A stretch of DNA of 41,288 bases, taken from contig NC_068990.1 of assembly GCF_001194135.2 (NCBI RefSeq), forward strand, positions 77,303,457 to 77,344,744, read 5' to 3'. Below, one piece after another: positions 34,558 to 41,288 of this stretch. Position 1 is the stretch's first letter. The number at the start of each line of letters is the position of its first letter. Position numbers and translations under genes: made by a program. The notes below the pieces were generated by a model. That model was not told where the DNA came from. It saw nothing but the letters and a program-made list of their open reading frames with translations, and did not search any database. This stretch comes from Octopus bimaculoides. Taxonomy: Eukaryota.

Positions 34558-35120
34558 CTCCATGTCTACCGAAGTATTTAGCTGACGTTGAGATCATTCT
34601 TCTTTTTTCTCCCTTTGTTCTTTGTGTCATATAGTATTATTCAATGTGATTTATACACATTAGAAACTTTGTATTGATAAGCAGAAGATATCTTTTTTCT
34701 ATTTAAAAAAATTTTTTTTGTTCTATTCTTTTATCCTACAGAGGATTATTATATTCACTATGTCTCACATACATTTAATTCTCGAAAATATAAAAGAGAA
34801 AGAAACTAAATGCAAATTGCACACCAAAACAAAACAATGATATAAAGTCCGACATGACCAGCCATACAAAAGTGATTATCAATTTAAAAACAAAAACAAA
34901 ATAAAAAATAAAAAAAACGTCATGAATTTTGAGACAGATTAATGATAATGAAATGCGTATTTTATCTTTGTTTCCCAAAATTGCTTTATATGACAATATT
35001 TTTCTATATTGTGCTTTGCAATAAACGTATGCCTAAGCATACACGTTCCTATGCATTCACACACGAAGGCTTACATAATATATATATATGTAAAATATAT
35101 ATGTATACTATATGTGTGTG

Positions 35121-35163
<43 letters not shown>

Positions 35164-35209
35164 CAACACACACATATTGATGTAAATGTAAATTACCAAA
35201 GTAGGTTGG

Positions 35210-35350
35210 CATGCCGTTTTCACGGGAAGCTTTTAGCCTTCAAGCTCTACTCTCTCAAGCGCCGCCGCAAGTGGTACATCATTTGTACGATTCGTAGAAT
35301 ATACCGCCAGCATTGCCCAAACAACCTGAACATTAGTTTCAACGTTCATC
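35210..35350 (-). mobile_element. Possible short RTE-like RT fossil
   Basis: Minus strand gives VVWAML, then (other frame) WRYILRIVQMMY, then SFP/VK, loosely matching LWWALR..GVxxxYIRIVQxMY..FxVKVG. Short and frameshifted. Confidence 0.3.
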
Positions 35351-35353
35351 CAA

Positions 35354-35989
35354 GGCGCAGGAGTGGCTGTGTGGTAAGTAGCTTGCTTNNNNNNNNNNNN
35401 NNNNNNNNNNNNNNNNNNNNNNNNNNNNNNNNNNNNNNNNNNNNNNNNNNNNNNNNNNNNNNNNNNNNNNNNNNNNNNNNNNNNNNNNNNNNNNNNNNNN
35501 NNNNNNNNNNNNNNNNNNNNNNNNNNNNNNNNNNNNNNNNNNNNNNNNNNNNNNNNNNNNNNNNNNNNNNNNNNNNNNNNNNNNNNNNNNNNNNNNNNNN
35601 NNNNNNNNNNNNNNNNNNNNNNNNNNNNNNNNNNNNNNNNNNNNNNNNNNNNNNNNNNNNNNNNNNNNNNNNNNNNNNNNNNNNNNNNNNNNNNNNNNNN
35701 NNNNNNNNNNNNNNNNNNNNNNNNNNNNNNNNNNNNNNNNNNNNNNNNNNNNNNNNNNNNNNNNNNNNNNNNNNNNNNNNNNNNNNNNNNNNNNNNNTGT
35801 ATATGTTCGTGTGTGTTTGTGTCTGTGTTTGCCCCCCCCCTCCCACCATCGCTTGACAACCGGTCTTGGTGTGTTTACATCCACCGTGACTTAGCGGTTC
35901 GGCATAAGAGACCGATAGAATAAGTATTAGACTTACAAAGAATAAGTCCTGGGGTCGATTTGTTTGACTAAAGGTGGTGCTCCAGCATG
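35354..35989 (+). mobile_element. SINE family A spanning gap 35389-~35797; 3' end truncated
   Basis: Head GGCGCAGGAGTGGCTGTGTGGTAAGTAGCTTGCTT. After the gap the body matches family A and stops at CCAGCATG, lacking the final GCCGCAGTC..AAAAGA. Confidence 0.9.
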
Positions 35990-36520
35990 TGGTAAATTTA
36001 AGGGTTGGGTGTTAGCAATGGCACTATAGTTGTAGTTACGAGGGCTTGTTATGTTATGGAGGTTAGTTGGTGTATTGGCTTTATATGTATGGAGTTAGGG
36101 GTTATGTTGAATTAATTTACTAGGATGGGGGTTAGCCGTTAGTGGATTACGGAGTTTCTTGTTGTTAAGATGTCAGATAACTCCGGCAATGTTGTTGGTG
36201 GTGGAGTAGGACAATTTTATAGATTGGGGGTTAAATATGTTTAAGGGGGTTAGATTTAGGGAAATGTTTTTTGAGTAGGGCGAAGAAGTGTTTGGGTGCT
36301 CAAGTCTGGACGTTAAGTGCAACGGTGTTGGAGGGGGAACCGTCTCGGGTTCTAGTTCGTTTAATCCGATTAGGTGGGTTACCTGGGTGGAAATAGGGTT
36401 TTGGATGTGTATGTTGGTGTCTGTTATGGTGGGTTGTGGTGTATATGTGATTAGATGTTGTCTGGTTGGGTGGGGGGATCGTTTGTTAGGTCGATTGCTA
36501 CTCCAATGTTTGGGTGGGTA
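35990..36520 (-). mobile_element. Penelope-like element fossil (RT C-terminus to the Cys-linker before GIY-YIG)
   Basis: Minus strand gives ALNVQT*APKHFFALLKKHFPKSNPLKHI/FNPQSIKLSYSTTNNIAGVI*HLNNKKL, then RNYNYS..PLN. This matches the recalled PLE motif SxNVxTNIGxxFLxLxxKHFP..KIFNxNxxKxSYS..N...II..HNxK..CNCR..CPL. Confidence 0.75.
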
Positions 36521-38716
36521 ACGTTTGTGTGTGTGTGTGCATGCGTGTACGTATTTGAACACGTTCTTACGTGTGGGAGTGTCTGTCTGACACGCCATAA
36601 AATACTGTATAGTTAAGGAGAAAAGATGGTACTCGACACAAGTTGTATGTTATTTTTTATTGAGAGTTAAATTCTTCATTAACCATTCTTCAGGTTTCAC
36701 GTATCCAATCGTTATGCAGTTGTTAGAATTACATGGATAGCCAGAATATTTAACCTTTTCATTGGGATAAGAACTTTAAAAAGTCATTCGTGGGAAATGT
36801 ATACGACAATTCGAAAAAAAAACAACCCAGAAATATATTCAAAAGAATGTTCGAATTTAACGCTTGGTTTTTATTGAATGGATTCTGAGAGAAGTATTTA
36901 GCGTCTTGCGTCTGGGGATATGTTTTTGATAATGGGACGCCTACTAAGGCAAACAATAAAATTCTGCTTCGGAATGCTTCTGAAAATATTATCTGACGAA
37001 AAGACAAAAATCACTCGAAGCTGGATTCAGGAGAATTGGCAATAATTTCCTGAGTAACTTGAAAGGAGAAACTTGAAGGAGAGCTTTGAAGTCATTAAGA
37101 TCTCTTTGAAGTGTGAACATTTCATCTGGTAAGAGAAAACTGTCTGCAGTTTACATGCAAAATCTTATATCTGGTGCTTAGCCAACAGAATCTCTAGTGT
37201 ATGCAAAAACAAAAATATATTAATAAATAAGTAACGAAATAAATAATATCTAGGGAAAACGCACATGTGCCCATTAATTTACACGCGAAAGAAACCAGTA
37301 AGAAAGTGAATATTGAATGCGGAGTTGAAAGCTTAGGCTCTCTCCACCGTACACCTTTATAACATACTAAAGAACTTGAAGTTATAAAGAGCCTGAAGTT
37401 ATAGTTCATTAGTAACACCATGGGTATGGGGGTATTTTGAAAACACCTCACATAGTGACGACCGTAGCCCTGCATAGTTACGGGTTTCCCTTTGACAAGG
37501 TATAACACCCATTGAGCCATCCTGCTAGGGACACGGTGAAGTCAATGGGCTGCTGCATAGCGGAATGTGAAGAGGTAGCGGAAGAGTTCAACTAATTCAA
37601 CGGTGCTTCTTGCATTGATGCTGAGCAGAGTAATCTCAGAAGATCAATGGTCAGGACCACCAGGATCTATCAAGAGAGTAACTGCAATGCATCCATAGGG
37701 GTGGCGTCCGTGGTTGTGTAATCAGCTAATGAAAGGTTCACTAAGGCTGAAATTCCCAATTCAAATACATAATGATGGAATTGGGTGACGACAGAGAGTC
37801 ATGGTAATCTGCGAAAGCAGCGCGACCGAGATATAGTAATCCTATATGAGGCCCATTTAATGCGGCATGACTAGAAACCGGCATAGTTATTCAGCAAGCC
37901 TAAGAAAGGAAGATCAAGAGGTTATGACAGAAGTTGTACTTCCTATGAGTGTGCTGCTCTTTAGACATAAAAGAATGGTTTTATGGTGTCGATGACAGGT
38001 TGATATCACTGACATTTTTACCCAGCGATTACTAAAAATCTTCCAAACTAACTACATAAATACATCTCCTGTTTTTTTTTTTAAATAACGCCGCTTAGAT
38101 CAAAAGCAATGGAGATGTATTATTTGATAGATTTCATGTTTCGCATGATGGCCTTCAGTATTACGAGCACACCACTAGATGCTATAAGATGAAGAAATTG
38201 CAGCGGAAGTGCGCCGGAAAAGACCTGATATCTATTCACTGAAATAGGGTGGAGAATAACAGCAACATTTACACCCATATCATAGTTAATTTTATAGGCG
38301 TCACTTTAAAGATAAATATAAACACAAGCCCTGCTAAAATAGTAGTTTTACATAAAAAAAAGAGTTCCAGCTAACCACTTTATATTTTACGCAACTTTGT
38401 CCACAATATTAGTTGTCTGAATATAATGTCACTTTTAGAAATGTGTTTCAGTACAAGAATGATTTCCAAAATAGTGGTTTCATTAAAGAAATGCAATAAA
38501 TGCACTTTTATATTGAATATTTTAGGATATAAACATGTCTTAAACATCACAGTAAAAACTAACGTAGCACAGTAGCCCCCACCACGTTAATCGCTTCAAC
38601 AGATCACAACTATTACAAAATCTTCAGCAGGAACTCCAACAGAGTCAGCTAATTCACATGCAAGAAATTCACATCTTACATTAGAAGTCACAATGCTAAA
38701 ATGTTTGCTAACCCTA

Positions 38717-38883
38717 ATCCTTTCTACTTTAGGTCCAAGGCTTGAAATTTCGAGAGAAGGGCTTGTCGATTACATTGTCACAGTGCTTAACTGGTACTTA
38801 TTTCATCGCAAAATCGACTTCGGCGAAGTTTGAACTCAGAACGTAAAGACGGACGAAAGTCCGCAAAGCATTTCGTCCGGCAC
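38717..38883 (-). mobile_element. SINE family C (tail C1), internally deleted, inserted in the Penelope fossil
   Basis: CCTTTCTACTTTAGG..AAGGCTTGAAATTT tail and TTTGAACTCAGAACGTAAAGAC core. Confidence 0.85.
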
Positions 38884-39174
38884 GAATAGTCAGAATCCAG
38901 TTCTGTAACTACCTGCAAGTGTGGACTAACCACACACTTCAAAATACGGATCTACCATCATAAAGATTCTTTTGCTAACCCTCAAAGACTTTTCACAAGC
39001 ACTACTTTATAGAAGTGTACTTGACTTCACGGAGATGACTGAAGAAACCTACACTACTACTTGATCTAGCTTGGTAATCGCACAAGCATATCATCATAAA
39101 GTCTGGTACTGTTGCCATTTGGTGCTAACAGAAAAAATGCTTATCCTGCGAGTGTCTAGTGTCTAACAGTTTCG

Positions 39175-39393
39175 CCTTTTAGCATTCAGCTTACTCCTCC
39201 AAATATAATGAATATTTATTCACATTGGTTTGTATTAATCATAAACTGTCTCGTAGCTTTGAGATTTCAATGATATTATTGTTTATTTTCTAATGACAAT
39301 ATAGGGTTCGTATGAGAGGCCAGATCTGGCCAGTTTGAACATAAAACAGGTGGAACATTTCGGAATGGTATGGCCGGTTTAAATACTAAAGAG
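39175..39393. mobile_element. piggyBac-like (TTAA-type) MITE, decayed
   Basis: TIRs CCTTTTAGCATT and reverse-complement CTCTTTAGTATT match 9/12 (CCCTTTAGCATT-like). Flanks TTCG and TCAA could be decayed TTAA. Confidence 0.55.
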
Positions 39394-39651
39394 TCAAACC
39401 CGTCGGTTAGGACTCCCAAATTCTTGTGAAGTAACTTCTGACACACAAATTAATACACAAGAAACAGTTTGCTTTCGACTTAGTTCGGCTGCTAAGAGCT
39501 ATAACTGCCATTATTGGGACATTTCCTCGGCTTTTTTCCCGAAATTTCTTGTCACGCCATGGTTCTTTTCATATCCATTCCCATAATAATAACTTACTCT
39601 CTACCGATTCTTGCCAGGACAATATTCTTTTTATCAATAATTTATTGTATC

Positions 39652-39871
39652 TAAGGCGGTGAGCAGGCAGAAACGTGAGCACGCCGGGCGGAATGCTTAT
39701 CGATATTTCGTCAGTCTTTACGTTCTGAATTCAAATTCCGCCGAGGTTGACTTTGCCTTTCATCCTTTCGCGGTCGATAAATTAAGTACCATTTGCGAAC
39801 TGGGGTTGATCTAATCGAATGTCCCTCACCCCTCTCCAAAAATTTCGGGTCTTGTACCTAGAATAGAAAAG
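39652..39871 (+). mobile_element. SINE family C (tail C1), young, with 16-bp TSD
   Basis: Perfect TSD AATAATTTATTGTATC at 39636-39651 and 39872-39887. Confidence 0.97.
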
Positions 39872-39924
39872 AATAATTTATTGTATCGTATTCCATCACT
39901 ATTTATTACTTTCCCCACCGTTAA

Positions 39925-40253
39925 GTGAAGGCACATGGCTCAGTGGTTAGAGTGTCGGGCTCACAATCAAGAGGTAGTGAGTTCCTTGACCGGGCTGTGT
40001 GGAATGTTCTTGGGCAAGACACTTTACTTACTGTTGCTTCAGTTCACTCTGCTGTACAAAATGAGTAGCGACATCATTGATGCCAAGCTGTATGGGCCTT
40101 TGCCTTTCTCTTGAATACATCAATGGTGTGGAGAGGGGAGGCTGGAATGCATGGGAGACTGCTGGTCTTCATAAACAACCTTACCTGGATGTGTGTCAAG
40201 GAGGGGAACTTTCTAGGTTCAATCACATGGTCGTTCATGACCGGAGGGGATCC
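39925..40253 (+). mobile_element. SINE with family B head and CORE-like domain but a third tail type (B3)
   Basis: GTGAAGGCACATGGCTCAGTGGTTAG head, GTTCTTGGGCAAGACACTTTA..AAAATGAGTA core, then unrelated sequence ending TTTCTAGGTTCAATCACATGGTCGTTCATGACCGGAGGGG. Confidence 0.75.
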
Positions 40254-40277
40254 TTACCCTATTTACCCTTGTCCCTC

Positions 40278-40701
40278 TCTTTTACTCTTTTACTCTTTTA
40301 CTTGTTTCAGTCATTTGACTGCGGCCATACTGGAGGACCACCTTTAGTCGAGCAAATCGACCCTGGGACTTATTCTTTGTAAGCCTAGTACTTATTCTGT
40401 CGGTCTCTTTTTGCCGAACCGTTAAGTGACGGGGACATAAACACACCAGCATCGGTTGTCAAGCAATGCTAGGGGGATAAACACAGACACACAAACACAG
40501 ACACACACACACACATATATATATATATTCATATATACGACGGGCTTCTTTCAGTTTCCGTCTACCAAATCCACTCACAAGGCTTTCGTCGGCCCGAGGC
40601 TATAGTAGAAGACACTTGCCCAAGATGTAACGCAGTGGGACTGAACCCGGACCCATGTGGTTGGTAGGCAAAGATACTTACCACACAGCCACTCCTGCGC
40701 C
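40278..40701 (-). mobile_element. SINE family A, young full-length copy with (GAGTAAAA)n-like tail
   Basis: Head reverse complement GGCGCAGGAGTGGCTGTGTGGTAAG, B-box-like GGGTTCAGTCCC, internal TA/TG run, tail repeats TTTTACTC on the plus strand. Confidence 0.97.
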
Positions 40702-40839
40702 TCTTTTAGTTATTGTATCATACTTATATTATTTATCCACCTGTTTTATTTATTCATCACGCATTCTACTGAACTTCCTTATTGAATGTAGGTTTCTGAT
40801 GCACCTTACCTTTCATCATCGGCATAATGTTTGAACTGT

Positions 40840-41288
40840 TATTTACAAGAATGAACTTGCACGCCTGTATGCCTGCACGTCATGACACGCACATCGTGCT
40901 TAAATACACGTGTGCGGATAAGTGTGAGCATGAAGCACGCAATGTGATCATCTATCCATGAATATGTATATGAAAATAGAATATGTATCTGTATATATAA
41001 ATATGGATTACATTGATATACATGCATGTATATACATGCAGGCGTTATATGTGCATGTGTTTTGCGAGCGTATACGCGTAAGTATATCAGCATGTTCGGC
41101 GCACATCTATGTATGAATGTGTGCGTGCATAAATATCCTATAAGCATATGTGTGTGTGTCTCTATGATAGACAAATCTATACAAATAGAAATATCTGTGT
41201 ATGCACTCGTGCATATCCATGCGTATTTATGTAAGAATATGCTTATATGTGTAAGTATAGCGCATATATATATATATATATATATATA
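40840..41288. repeat. Degenerate (TA/TG/CA) low-complexity tract ending in (TA)n
   Basis: Visible. Confidence 0.8.

Larger units (their letters stand above)
38587..39480 (+). mobile_element. Second Penelope-like fossil including the GIY-YIG endonuclease region, interrupted by a SINE and a MITE
   Basis: LIASTDHNYYKIFSRNSNRVS*FTCKKFTSYIRSHNAKM (38587-38716); CGLTTHFKIRIYHHKDSFANPQRLFTSTTL*K (38920-39015); CCHLVLTEKMLIL (39110-39147; cf. CNLCLTEKxxIL); weak KLIHKKQF after the MITE. Confidence 0.75.

Noticed and set aside
227-35884. Long ORFs in the supplied track (poly-X, poly-HT/YI/CV, poly-Ser/His/Ile/Met/Gln)
   Set aside because: They run through N-gaps or microsatellites that lack stop codons; no domain content.
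36900-37130. LSDEK..LERRNLKESFEVIK, faintly like the CR1 C-terminal LSYEERL..LExRRLRGDLIEVYK
   Set aside because: Too few identities and interrupted by stops; not distinguishable from chance by eye.
37800-38260. Two APE-endonuclease-like snippets (DIVILYEAHL; EVRRKRPDIYS/TEIGWR)
   Set aside because: Each is a single short motif without the flanking WNV or later EN motifs, and two such motifs 400 bp apart are inconsistent with one ORF.
21389-40701. tRNA-like A/B boxes suggesting tRNA genes
   Set aside because: All lie at SINE 5' ends, lack a complete acceptor stem and continue into SINE bodies, so they are not tRNA genes.

Overview
This is eukaryotic, AT-rich (draft assembly, 12 N-gaps), microsatellite-saturated intergenic or intronic DNA. 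The SINE repertoire looks like a coleoid cephalopod, most likely Octopus; that is inferred from remembered repeat motifs, not a search. No protein-coding gene, rRNA, canonical tRNA or CRISPR array can be firmly called, and most supplied ORFs are artefacts of microsatellites or N-runs. The window is best explained as stacked transposable elements. There are about 25 copies or fragments of tRNA-headed SINEs, which I label with window-local names A, B, C, E and G; six have readable 9-16 bp target-site duplications (TSDs). Also present are hAT-, Tc1- and piggyBac-like MITEs, Helitron-type termini, decayed non-LTR LINE ORF2 fossils and two decayed Penelope-like (GIY-YIG) fossils, several of them nested. 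The best leads not explained by TE annotation are three: a 75-nt four-way-junction hairpin cluster (10282-10356); a cluster of TCF/LEF-type CTTTGATC motifs (12812-13027); and a YY1+ETS motif pair (23783-23801) with a phase-compatible candidate first exon and 49-nt second exon on the minus strand, whose putative intron carries a closely spaced inverted SINE pair. I found no clear novel multi-gene system; all leads are hypotheses needing the stated tests.
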